NCBI GenBank assembly: GCA_037447605.1
Contig: CM074819.1
Location: forward strand, 1,138,297-1,202,296
Reading direction: 5' to 3'
Length of the DNA: 64,000 bases
Source: Zygnema circumcarinatum SAG 698-1b
Lineage: Eukaryota; Plantae; Zygnematophyceae
Below are positions 24,461 to 36,929 of the stretch, one piece after another. The number at the start of each line of letters is the position of its first letter. Within the stretch, counting starts at the first letter, position 1. The position numbers and the translations under genes were made by a program. The notes below the pieces were generated by a model. The model was not told where the DNA came from and did not search any database. It was given only the letters and a program-made list of their open reading frames with translations.

Positions 24461-24624
24461 GATTCCCATGCTCCAACCAGTCCATATTCGAGAAGCTGTG
24501 AATGTTAGTCGATACCCGATACGATACGAGATCCCTCGAGATATTAGGGTTAAGGGACGGGCAGGGTCGGGCCGGTTGTGGGCGAGGTTTAGGGCTGTGG
24601 GAGGGAGGCGGGCGCTGACGGGCC

Positions 24625-27475
24625 ATGGAGGCCATGGAGGCCGTGGAGGCCATGGCGGAGGCGCTGAGGGCGTGGGCGGAGGCGCTGCTCGCGGAGCCGC
24701 GCACAATCATGGCGGCCCTCCTCGCGCTGCTGGTGGCCGCCGTCATCGCCAGCTTCCTGGGTGAGCCCTAAGGCAGGGTTAGGATTGGGGTTAGGGTTAG
24801 CATTAGAGTTAGGGTTAGGGTAAGGGTTAGGGCTAGGATCAGGGTAAGGGCTAGGATTAGGGTTAGGGTTTGGGTTAGGGTTAGGGGTAGGGTTTGGGTT
24901 AGGGTTTAGGGTTATAGGGTTAGGGTTCAGGGTTTGTTAGGGTCAGGTTTAGGGTTCAGGGTTACGGTGAGGGTAAGAGTTAGGATTAGAGTTCAGGGTT
25001 AGGGTTAGCCAATGGTTTTGCCACAATGCCGGATCGAATTGCTTTCCCTTATCTCCAATTCTTTTCTTTACCCATAGCTCCATTCGTTCTTCTCTCTCAC
25101 CTCCCTTCTCTCTCCCTTCTCCCGAATTCCCTTCCTCCTTCCATCCCTCACCTTCCCAATTTTTGCTTTCCTACCTACATCTCCCCCGCCCTCTCTCACC
25201 TCTCCTCCTTCACCTTCTTCTAGCTATCATCCGCACGCAAGCACCGGCTTTAGCTATCCCAAGTACTTATCTCAATCCTTATTCTAACCTGAACCCTAGC
25301 CCTTTTTTTTGCCAATGCGAATTTCAGCCGTAAAATCCTAGCCTAACTTCAATGATCTAACCTGAACCGCAACAACCTAAATCTTAACTCTCTCTCTCCA
25401 ACTCTAATCCTAGCCCTGACCCTTACTTGAAGGGTGATAATAATCCTAACCACCTAACCCTAACCCGAGCCTGAACTCCAATCCGTTAACCTAATCAAAC
25501 CCAACTGTAACTCTAATCTTATATGCCTAATTACCTAAGCTTAGTCCTAACCGTAACCCTATCCGACTCATAACAACCTTAACCCTTGATCTTCAAAAAG
25601 CACAAGGTTTTTTTTAGCTTCATGTAATTCTCTTAATTTATCTTCTTCCTATTCTTCTTGAAGCGAGGTGTGTTTTGTGACTACGCTAAAGACTTGCATG
25701 GTTTACATTTCATGGGCGCAGTTAGAGGGGGGAGAACTTCGAAAGCAGACAAAATAGCAATTCTTGGAAACTGCGACGCTGGAAAGACATGCTTGTTTTA
25801 CATGGTGAGTGGAGAGGGGCTTCCATATAGAAGGATCCAGTTTTTAGATTGTATGTGCAGCGGGGTGACAAAACTTGTTTCATACGAATCAGGGCTGATC
25901 CCCCAAATCAGTATTGATTCCATCGATACTGCAAGCACTTATTCACACCTGTCTGCTTAGAAACTTTCGGATATTTTTCTGGCTTGCTGTGTCTTTCTTA
26001 AATGAACAGATATTGCGATTTCAGAATTTGGAAGGGTTTAGGATTCTCAGGAGCTTGGGGGTTTTAGGAAATTTCTAAGGTCATAAAAGTGCATGGCTTT
26101 TGGTGGAAGCTGCAGCTGCGCGACGGAAGTTTGCACGGCGGAACTGTGACTTCCATGGAACCCAACGAAGGAAAATTCCCACTTCATTCAGAACTAGCAA
26201 AGGTACTTTCCAACTGCGCCTTGATTCCTCCTTGAAAGTGTACGAGAAACCCACTTTTTATGAAACATAGAAACTATGGAAAGCTAATGCTTACAGAAAG
26301 GATATGGGAACGAGGGCATTCGGGCAATCTCTGAAAAATCTATCCTGTTCTATGGGCTACTGTTCTGTTCCAGTCTCTATTTCTTCATTCCGTTTCGATG
26401 ATCTAGATTTAGGGTTTGCACCTTTCCATCTGTCGAGGAAACATGTCGTCTTTCCATTTCTGGTGAGGAAAGGTATCAGAGCTAATTTAGGATATTACTT
26501 TGGGTTTCTGCATTTCTTTTAAACAGAATCCGAAAGCAAGGCCAGTGCACATTGTAGACATTCCGGGGCATCCGCGACTGCGTCCAAAAATCGACGAAAT
26601 TCTTCCGCAGACAAAAGGAATTATTTTCATGATCGATGCGCTCGACATCATGCAGCAACTGCGGCCCAACGCAGAGTCAGTTGTTTTTGTCTCTTTGCAC
26701 CTTTTCATCCTCACAAACCCTAATAGCACATCCAAGATGCTGGAACGGGAAGTAGCTTGAAAGGTTATGTTAGTCCTCTCTGTGTTGCTCTCTCTGTCTC
26801 TCTTTCGCGCTCGCTGTGTTTCTCTCCACTCTCCCTCTCCCTCCAGTTTCTTTCCCCACCCCCTATGTTCCTAACTCTTCTCACTCTCACCTCTCTCTCT
26901 GCGCTGCAGGCTGCTGTGGGATATCCTCACTAAGGCCACAGTGGTGAAACGGCGAGTTCCGCTGCTATTGGTTTGCAACAAGATGGACAAAGTGTCTGCA
27001 CACTCCATCAATTTCACGCGCAAAATGTTGGAAAAGGAAATGTAAGGCTTGTGCTTGCTTTACAAACTCTAAAACGTGTAAACCCAAATTCGTTCATTCG
27101 TTGTTTGGACCTGCTCCAGTGAAGTGTTTGACACGAAGTGGAGGGGGTGAAATAATTCCAAAAAGTTCTTCCATGGAAAGGTTCCTTCTGAACACTGTAT
27201 ATTGCTTTTTTAACATTCGGGTTTTCGAGTATTTAGGCTGTCCAAGATTTCGGTTTTTAGAATAATTTTACATGTTTCCGTGCAGGGATAAACTTCGAGT
27301 GACGCGAAACGCGGTCTCATCCGCAGACATGGCGTCAGAGATAACTCTCGGAAACGATAAGGAGCCATTCAAGTTCACTCAATGTGTGAACCCGGTCTCA
27401 AGTTGCGAAGTATCCGTTCAGGAAGGCAAGATATCAGAAATAGAAGCCTTCATTTCCGATGTTGTTAAGTCGTAG
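24625..27475 (+). CDS. SRPRB: Signal recognition particle receptor subunit beta (Arf-like GTPase), 6 exons
   Basis: N-terminal TM (IMAALLALLVAAVIASFL), P-loop GNCDAGKT, TVTSMEPN, DIPGHPRLR, IIFMIDA, LLLVCNKMDK, EKEMDKLR. Exons 24625-24760, 25722-25804, 26116-26202, ~26529-26674, ~26910-27041 and ~27286-27475. Confidence 0.94.
24775..25008 (+). repeat. Degenerate (TTAGGG)n array at the 5' end of SRbeta intron 1
   Basis: About 35-40 hexamer-like units (TTAGGG, TTTGGG, TCAGGG, TAAGGG) starting 15 nt after the GT donor. Confidence 0.9.
25283..25586 (-). repeat. More degenerate (CCCTAA)n-like tract in the same intron, opposite orientation
   Basis: CTAACCTGAACCCTAG, CTCTAATCCTAGCCCTGACCCTTAC, CCTAACCCTAACCCGAG, CCTAACCGTAACCCTA. 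Confidence 0.65.
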
Positions 27476-28346
27476 GCTCAGAGGGAAACCAGGAATCGTA
27501 GGCTTAGTCGTACTCATTGGCCTCTAAAAGCTTACAACGAAACATGAAATGGTGAAGTCAAAAATCTTGGAATCTTAGAAACCCACAATTACTAGAAATT
27601 TGAGTTGTTAGCAAGGACAGGCTGTGCTGGGATGGTCACTTGGCCCTGACATAGTTTCTCGCCAGGTTTAATTCGAAAAACTAGGTTTGCCGGTATGAAA
27701 ATTCACCATTAGGGATTCTCACTCGCTAAGTACATAGACGACTATATGTAGGGGGACGAGGTTTTGAAAGGGTTCAGGGTTTTCATTAAGATGAAATTTA
27801 ATTCATTTGTGCCCTCGTAATTCGAGAATGCAGTGAGACGGTGAGCCTGTTCTGTGCTTTTCGTTTCCGTCATAATTTTCATGTTCTGCATACAAAAGTC
27901 TGACGGTGCAAACGGTTACAATGGCTATGACGCGTGTAGCTGCTCGCTACACTTGAAGCCGCTTTGCATGCTTTTGCATGGCCGGCGGCCTTTCCATTGA
28001 GATTTTGAACAGCGATTAGGAGGCGAGGGAGGGTGCCCGACATTGCCGGGCAGGCGGGCAGCTGGTGACTTACCACGTGGGCGTTCACTGTTCGTTGGCG
28101 CAAGCTGAAGTGGATGACGTTCAGTACATTTTTTTTTTTTCTATGGCTGCTACGGCGTAGAATTTGGCTTGAAAATTTTCAGACCGCGGGGAACTCGGCG
28201 AGCTCCTGCGAAAACCGGCCTGCAGAGACTTATGTTAACGGGTTTCTATCAAACACCACCACTGTATCATTGATGATTCCTCCAAATAACCAGGTTCATC
28301 TAACAACGCGAAGGAAGGTGTAGTCGACTTGAAGTAGTCAAAAAGT

Positions 28347-28420
28347 CTCCGTTGCCGGGATTTGAACCCGGGTCGCCTGGGTGAAAGCCAGGTATCCTAA
28401 CCAGGCTGGACGACAACGGA
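28347..28420 (-). tRNA. tRNA-Glu (anticodon TTC)
   Basis: Reverse strand reads TCCGTTGTCGTCCAGCCTGGTTAGGATACCTGGCTTTCACCCAGGCGACCCGGGTTCAAATCCCGGCAACGGAG. Acceptor, anticodon (CCTGG/CCAGG) and T stems pair; a T5 Pol III terminator follows 2 nt downstream. Confidence 0.97.
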
Positions 28421-30062
28421 TATGAAATAAAAACTGAAGTTGTAAAAACTATAAAAATAAAAAAACAAGGACACTACACTAGCCGCACACGGTGTTGACC
28501 CGTTCAATGGGCCGGCACGGCCTCAGGCATATCGCCAGCTGTTGTTTCGCGGTGCATTCTGAAATTTTGCTCAGCGTTGTCTTGAAATATTGTTCCGCAA
28601 TTATAATTCAAATCTCTATAAAAAGCCAAATATCCTCAATATGTCTACCGCCCTGTTATCCTGAAAGTGTGGTGCACCGTATATCGTAGCTACACCGCGA
28701 TATGCAATCGGAACATATACCACTCTAGGGAGGGAGGGAGGGATGTCAGGCGCGAGGTGAGGCAGGTAGTGAGGCGACGGGCAGGGAAGGCGAGAGAGAA
28801 AGGGAGAGAGGGAATCTTGTGTTAGTTAGCAAGTTATTACTGACAGCAACATTGAGCAGCTAAAACGTTGGCGCTTCTGAACCCTGAACCCCAATAAAAC
28901 CGCCTGCGGACTGATCCTCATGCCCCTCACGCAACACAAAGGGACTTAAACCCACCCCTCCAGAAACAGGAAAGACAAAGAAAAGAAAAGGGAAAAAAAA
29001 ATGAAAATAAAAATGACATTTGTTTAAATACACGCTGCCTGCTTGAAGCTGCATTTCAGAAATCGAACGTTCTCGAAGCAGTTCCCTTTTGTAAGCTTTG
29101 AAGAAGGAAGGAAAAGAGAGGCGCCCCCTTGAAGAAGAACCAATCTGGGGTGTTGCCTTTACAGTTGAAGTCACAGCACGAAACATAAATAGCGAATCAG
29201 AGGAGACACGTGTGGCTTTGCCGGACGCAATTTCCGTCTTCGAGAAATTTGTAGTACTGGTAGTGCCTGAAATCAGGAGGACTAAAATCCCTGCACAGCA
29301 AAAAGAAGCATTTTCAGAGACATGTAAGAAGAGGGTTTCTAGAACAAACGTTGGTTTTCAGGTTTTTGCTTTGTAGGTTTCTAGGTTTGACAAATTCTTA
29401 GATTTTTGCAGAGTCCAGTTCCGCAGGAGCGAACAAAAGTGTGCGCCCTTAAAGGTGATCCCAACAGTGCCAATAACCCATCAGACTTCTTGAGTGCAAG
29501 TTTACTGTTTTGAGGTACGTAGATGCAAGAAATGATGCAGGAAAAGGTGTTCGGTTGAGAGTCATTTTAGATGCCTCCCTCTCCCTTCCTTCCCCCCTTC
29601 ACTTCACGCAATGGGACTGTATGTCTAAATTTTACTTCCTTACACAACATAACTCGTGGCTATTTATTTATCTGTACAATTCTCGCGGTCAGCCAATACC
29701 TAGTCCATGGCATGCCAGCAGAACATTCTCATCACACACATATTCTCTCTTTCCTCCACCCCCGCTCTCGCCCTTCCTCTCTCTCAAACTCAATTTTTCC
29801 CTCTCTCCCTCTGCCCCTCTCTCTTTCTCTCACTCACATAGTAGATTCGCTCTGTTCCCATTTGCAATGAATAAATGTCAGGACTAGCACTGCCTTCCTT
29901 TCATACTTCAACCTTCCCTCTCAGCCGTGTATAGTGGGCTATGCTTCTATGCTTCTTCTTCAAACCTCAGCATCCATAAGACACAAAACCATAGGAAACC
30001 CCAAGAGGTAGAGTAGTAGTAGTAGTAGTAGTCGATGCTGGGACCCTTATGACATCTGATCA

Positions 30063-33000
30063 TCATATGATGAATTCACATTCCTTCATCTTTATATTCA
30101 TTACTGGTATCCAAAGAGACTGAACACATCGACAGCTGTTCCTTTCAACGAGGTAAATTCTCACCAGTTGTTTTGGAAGAACTAATCCAGACACTGCCAC
30201 AGCATATATGAGTGTGGCGAGAATCACTCCTGCGAAAAAGTTGGCTGCGAGACGTTTGTTGTCCTTGTGGGGGATGAATGCATTTCTCAGAACATTGGTC
30301 AACTCGAAGATGCGCAGAGACACCTGGAGATGGAGAAAGCCACGCAGAAAGCCAATACTTCTTTTATCATCAATTTCATCATAAGCAGAATCTGTACCTT
30401 TTAACATCGTTCAGTTTAAAAACGTATATACCTTCCAAAACCTTTCTCCCTGTACTCGGATCATTTAAGCAAAACAGTCGCAAAAAACTTACTAAAGGAG
30501 GTAAGCATTCTTAAGGTCAAGAAAGAGTATCTGATAAATCCATGGGGATGGGTGATATTTGAAGCCAGGAAATGGGTCTGTAAGTTAACTTAGTTTTTAG
30601 CGTATTTCAGCTTCGTATAAAGTTAGTTTCCTTTAAACATGCGATTATAAAAAGACATTTCTCAAAACCGCCGATAGCCAACTATTGCATTAGCTGTGGC
30701 TTTTATTTTTCCACTTTTACACACCGACTAGGTAGCTTTGAATACGTTTTTATTATCTCACTGCTTGGTACAATTCCCCTCCCTTTAGTCTTCAAGGTTG
30801 TGATAACTGAAGATGTCTGCTGGGCACCAACTCACAAATAGATAGATGACTGTGGTCAACAGAAAGTTGAGCATGGGGTAATCGGGGATGAAGCACAGTA
30901 GCTTGAACGGCTGTCCATTGGGCTGAGCCGTTCTGGAATTCCCCAAAAAGAGATATTAAACTCTCTAGCATGCTTCATCGCTTCCAAATACAAAATACAT
31001 GCATTTACTTTATCAACCTGTAATGTGTTTGAAGGAAAACACATTAAAAGGCATCATATCTTACCTCAGCCAGATGTGGAACTGCCCAATGTATGTTTCA
31101 AGAGTGATCTTTCCAAGCCATCTGGAGAAGCCCACCAGACACTTTCCTTTGTAAGGGCCTCCTTTCAGATAATTGAAAAAGAGGAAATAAGAAAGGATGT
31201 GTATGAAAGATAATGCTTGAGACTGCTGAAAGACAACGGCTTTTTTAAACTCATGATTAAAGCCACACTTTCATTTCCCTTCGGCATTCCAATTTAACCC
31301 TCTGCCAAATCTACGTTCTTCATTGTGTCCTATTGATATCAGCTTTCCCTCCCTCCCAACCTACTCTCTATCCAGCCCTTGTCCGTCGCATATTTTCGTG
31401 TCTCAACTAGTCTATCTCTCATTCTCTCAGTGCTCGATCAAGCTGCTCTCTAAACAAGATTTAGCCATAGGCTGGATGGCATTCAAAGCAACTTACGCAA
31501 AAAGAGTGATGGACCAATTCCTGAGAGTAGGAGTCAAGTTCCGTAGAATCACATAAATGCTGCAAAAACACCACCAGCAAAAGGACTGTTTAGAAAAAAC
31601 GCTGCTTACCATCAACCATTTCTTAGAATTTCCTGAATACAAGCCGCCATAGTCCTTCCTACTAGAACTGCCGCAAACGCTTGAGCTATGAGAGTCAACC
31701 ATTGAGGCTTACGTGATGGGAATCCATGACGTGAATGGGTGTAGCTTGTTGTACTCCAACTTAGGCAGCTTGTAAATGTTCTCATACCAATAGTATCCAG
31801 CCTGCATTTGTTACAAAATTGGGCACCAGTTCCCTGCTTAGCACCTTCTGGAAGAAAGGAAAAGGAAGGAAATTCTTTATTTGTAAGGACGAGGGAGTTT
31901 TTGGAGACGAGAACGTTGTCCTACCGTTAAGGTGGCTCCAAGGATGACAAATCTGATCAGGTTTTTGCGTTTGGTCTCCAACTCCTCCAGCTTTTCGAGC
32001 CACCGTTCGATCTGAATAGTGATGGGCCGATGAAAATCAGTTTGCTACATGGGGTTGAATGAGATCTCTTCTCAAGTTGAGCTACATGTTGCTTCATTAA
32101 CACAGCTTATGGGAAGCTTCTGCTTACCATGGGATGAAAGTAGGCGAAAAGCATGCCCACAATCCAAACATATCGATCGAGTCCCGAGCGGAAAAACCAT
32201 TCGTGTAAGAGTGGAAGGTCGGGTTTGCGCGGATCAGTGTACCCTGGCAAGCCCCACCTATAAATTAATGAGACAGAAATAGAAATTTCTGTACATATAA
32301 AACCTGCTGGTCTGGCTCTGTTCGTTCCTCTATCTTTATCAACATGTGCCGCATTTCCGTATAACTCGAATAGAAGTTGCCGCATTGAACATGTTAACGT
32401 TTAGTAATGATGCAAACACTGAACTGGGGAACAGCATCAGCTTTTTTCCACAACAAGTATAGGGTCGGACAAATGACAATGCTATTGTGACTCGGAAGTT
32501 ACCGAGAAGAAAGGTAAAAGGACCCCAGATGAAGTCAAACACTCCTGGGATATCCCATATTATGAACACCACAATAAAGGAGCCGACAATCTTTGCGGCA
32601 ATGACTGATGGAACTTCATTGTACTTGTGAAAAATGCCAAGCGCCCCATACACCATGAGTGTGAAGAGAGTGTGCATGGGGTTAATGTAGTAGAGCATGT
32701 AGTCATTGCCGAGGGAGGCGCAGCAGAAGAAGACAAAGAAATTGAGCCGCCACATCATCTGCAAAGCAAGCGTGACTGGACACGCATCAGCATTCCTCTT
32801 TCTAAGGGAAAATGTGCGATCATCTAAAAAATGATAATTGTGCATTTTTTTTTTGTTTTTTTTTTGGAGTTGTGAGGGAGCAAACCTGAGCAAATCGGCC
32901 CAAGCTGAAGTCTTTGCGAACATAGTAGAAAGAGAAGTTGCCGAAGCCCGTCATCCATACATAAGCAGCAATGAAGATTCGAATTGCATTGTACATCTCC

Positions 33001-35563
33001 CGTGCCTCAAAATAGTGATAAAGGAGAAACAGGACCTGCGTAACCAGGAGAGTCAAGCCCCTCGAGATGTCAATCTCAGCTTTAGAGAACATGATGATGA
33101 TTGATGGAGAAAACAGAATAACCCCGAATCAGAACAGCACAATGAGTCCTAGTTACCAGAAACTAACGAGGAAGGAAGGGAAATGTGTGCGTGAATTGCG
33201 CATAATGTGATCCCAAAGAAATATGATCTGCAAGAAGAAAGTGTAGTACCTGCATCCAGCCCTTCCACTCCTCTGTTTGATGCCTGTTGAGGTAGTTGAT
33301 GCTCTTTGCAGTGATTGTTGATGGGGCCACATGCTTCTTGAGGGAGGTCCAAGAGCCCGCCATACAAAGCACAGCGTACATGAATATGAAGAGATCGCGG
33401 TCATAGTGCTGCCATTCACAAGCCCCATCCGTCAGCACATTGGAAATGGCTGAAACGTCAGACGATGAAGTCCATCACGCATGCTGAAAGATTAGTCATG
33501 AACTTGGCTATATTAGCCATGAATAAGACCCCGTACTGGCATCTAATGCCAGATTATTAACCCACGGTAAACATGCGGAGCAACTGTTGGTTGATTGAGA
33601 ACAAGGGTCTTCTCTGAAAGGAAAGAGAAGGCAAGGGAAGGGCAGATTCATCACTGCTCCTGACAGTGTTGCCTAGGAATTCAAAAATTTCAATCGCGAT
33701 GTTAATCGATGTTTTGGTTTCTATCAATACTTTGACGATAGGTAGCTCATACTCTCAATTTTGAGAGAGCAGCAACAGTAGAATGTAGTGGTGTGTATTC
33801 TTCAAACAATGTCACTCGAAGAACCACAAACTCGCCAAGCAAAACAAATGTAATCCTCGAATACTTTACTCAATGATAAACTTTCAGATAGAGAGTGACA
33901 GAGAAAGTGCATCTGTATACTCTTACGGAGGAATGGCGTGCTTTTCGCTAGACCTAACAATAAAAGAAGGGCGACCTGGGAGAGTGAGGTAATGGGAGAA
34001 AGGGAAGGGTCGTTGAATCTCAGCTCTACACGGCCGGTCATTTCGTCTCTTATTTATGATCATTTCCAGAACCTGAGCGTCAAATCCTCTAAAAGGCAAT
34101 GCAAAACGATCATATTATCAATTTTGCACTGCAGTCTCATTTCTGGCTTCGGCTTTTTTTAGTTTCTTCGCTTGCTGTATGGGCAAAACAAACCTTCAGC
34201 GACTCCCCAACGATGTTCGTCCGGTCACACAGGAAGTAGTAGCATAGGATGCCGCCCAACTCGGCCCTGCAAGGACACATTCAAAAGGGTCAAAAAGGAG
34301 AGAGCAGACTGAAGACACAGCAGTTCAACGCCAATGATTACATGATAGGACTGACACGCTCATTTTTTTTTTTTTCTGTTTTATTACTGGCTGCAAATTA
34401 AAGCATGCAATAAATGCTGGGGATCAAGCAAAGTTTCTGTGAGCCTCACATAGCTCTGAAATTTAGACGATTTTCCAGAAGAAAAGCCTCATTAAAAGTA
34501 AAGAACCTGCAGGAACCACGGTTGTCAGCTGATTAGTCCCTGCATGATCTTTACAAAATATTCAAACAGTTCACAGAACTTGTAGAATTTCAAGCCATTC
34601 ACGGCCCTTAACTAACTTTTTATTGATGTTCATTCACCGAATCCTTAATTACAATGAGTCCAGTAATCACCGGTGCATTTGGTGTGCGACCAAAAGAGAA
34701 GCTGCTTTTGGGCTTCCATGCTTCTCAGCAGCTTCGAGCAATGCGATGGCTTCTTCGTCCTTTGGAGTTCCATTGGCAAGTTCATGCGCCTCGGAATGTC
34801 TACAAGGAGATACAAGGAAACAAAAAAGGATTGGAGAGGGGGAAGGGGGGAGGGGGGGAGGGGGGGAGCGGGGGAGGGGCATAAAAAGTGTGAAGATGAT
34901 GATTGATTCAGAGCGTCTGATTGCTAAAATGAGAATTAAGTTCCGTTAACACCAATCCAAACGCTCATTACATCCTCCTGCAAAGGAAAATGGGAGCTAT
35001 GCAGCTGCATTCTCTCGTAAAAAAGAGACTGAACTTTCAGTAAGAAATGTTTGAAATATTAGAGGCTTACATCTTGAATCGGGCTTGCCGACGGTACTCC
35101 AAATACTCCGAATATGCCCACCATATGAGCAAGGGAAAAAAACCAACAAAATATGCCACCTGGAGACGCAGTATCGAATTGAAAAAGCGAAAGCAAAAAT
35201 GGAAATGTAAGGCAGAAACTTGTCAGGTGTTTGCCAAGCTTTCGAAATGGGTGCAGCTTAGTAAAAATCACACTGATCTGATCCACATCATATTCATCGG
35301 ACACCAAATTCTGCGCAGCTGATATTAAACCTACCTGATATAAGTCAGTCAAAGAATCATATACATCTGACTGAACTGATACAAAGCATGCTCATACAAG
35401 ACATGCAGCACCAACAGGAGTCCAGCATTGCAAAGCAGCCACTCCTCTACTTGCATTTTCAGCCTTCCCAATCAATGTCCTCAAATTTTCCAAGTTTTCC
35501 CCCGTCCGGTTCCTCTCCCGCTCTAACCTGCCCTGTCGAGAGCGGCGCCACTAGCAGCCCCAT
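30063..35563 (-). CDS. RWA: RWA / Cas1p-domain polysaccharide O-acetyltransferase, about 14 exons
   Basis: Exon peptides [115 protein letters not shown] and [16 protein letters not shown]. The 3' end is uncertain: read-through to the stop at 30063, or splicing after PKQL. Confidence 0.94.
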
Positions 35564-35659
35564 GCTGCCGTGCCTCCACCTCCCCTCTCCCTGCCGCCAG
35601 CAAGAAACTCCCAAGCCTCACGCCTGCTCCCTGCTCCTTGACCAAACTTTCAACTCTCA

Positions 35660-35940
35660 ATCCTGAAGCCTCAGTCTTAACCCTTGAGGCCTCAGAACTG
35701 ACAACTTAAGCCTGAATCCTCAGCCTTGAAGCCTCAATACGGAAGCCTGGAGCCTGAAGCCTTAATCCTAATCCTCAATACAGACACGTCAATGCTGAGA
35801 TCTGACGCCTGAAGCCTCAGTCCTGAAGCTGCAACCCTGAAACTGCAATCCTGCAGCTGCAATCCTGAAGCTGTGTGCTGAGATCTGCCGCCTGAAGCCT
35901 CCGTATTGACGCTGCAGTCCTGCAGCTTGAAGTCTGCGGA
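35660..35940. repeat. Degenerate CCTGAAG/CCTCAG/CTGCAG short-period repeat upstream of the RWA start codon
   Basis: Many imperfect copies such as CCTGAAGCCTCAGT, GCCTGAAGCCT and CCTGAAGCTGCAA; probably within a 5'-UTR intron. Confidence 0.6.
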
Positions 35941-36739
35941 CGAGTGCAGAGTGGCGAGTGACTCTGCGACGGTCCGCGCTAATGCTATGGAGGCATGGAG
36001 GTTGGTTGCAGAAGTCCTCCTCGTCCTCCTCCACCTCCTCCCCCACTCCTCCCACTGCCCACCTCCCCCTCTAACGGCCTACAAGGCGCAGGTGCCGGCC
36101 CTCCCTCCCTCCTCTCTGGGGGGAGCGCCTGGCGCGTGCGGGCCCCACAGAATTTGGCGCACGCGGGGGACCCGCCAACGGCTGCTCCATGTCAGAAATG
36201 GCAAAAACCAGTTCACAATTGCGCCTGCTTTGGAGACAGCATATAAACAGTGGATTAACTGAAGCGTTCAGTGTTGGAACGACTGTGTAACAACAGTTAA
36301 ACAAGTGGAACGGTTCTGTGCATAGGGCGGGGTCGCTGTTAGAAAAAAAAATTCTGGAGTGAGAACCAATCATGGTGTGCCACGTGTGCAAGTGTGCCGA
36401 CGTGGCCGACTGTGATTGGCTAAATTTAGAAAACAGTATGGTGAAATGGAGACTGGGAAGGGCCCATACTCTTGTACCGTTCATTGCCGTACGGTACGGC
36501 AGCCTCCATTCTGTTGTGTGTGTATGACTGAGAATGGCGATGAAATATAGCATTGATCTAATGTCTTTCCATGTAAAACCCTAAAAACCCTAAACACCAT
36601 CACATGTACATGGAAAAAATGAAACCGAGAGAGTGACCCAACTCCAACTTAAATATGACTTTCTAATTTACCGCACTCGCAATCACGATAACAGCATAAA
36701 AGCATAAGAGCAGAGAATTGGCCAGTGCGCCCATCGCTC

Positions 36740-36920
36740 CTTCGAGATACGCGCACGGCCCCGGAAGCCCTCCTCCGGCGATCTTGGCTACTCTTTATCG
36801 ACAACGCATTTCCGTCGCCCTTCAGCGTTGCCTCGCTTCTACGCTTCTTCGGCGTGCTGCAGTTGTTGGTGATCGCGTTGGTGGACTTCCGAAGGTGGTT
36901 GGTGGTGGTGGTGGTGGTTT
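36740..36920 (+). mobile_element. Possible 3' end of a CRE/RLE-type non-LTR retrotransposon
   Basis: Frame reads LATLYRQRISVALQRCLASTLLRRAAVV, resembling the R(I/L)SVA(L/I)QRxxA C-terminal motif of RLE-clade LINEs, and is followed by a (GGT)n tail. Recognised from motif memory only. Confidence 0.45.
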
Positions 36921-36929
36921 CGGTGTTAG

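Noticed and set aside
28240-28346. Possible dicistronic tRNA-snoRNA
   Set aside because: A T5 terminator directly follows the tRNA and no C/D box pair is evident.
28860-29360. ~165-codon open frame on the minus strand downstream of RWA, with an overlapping plus-strand ORF
   Set aside because: Ser/Thr-rich, no recognisable domain, and its candidate acceptor is out of phase with the last RWA donor. Unresolved; needs RNA-seq.
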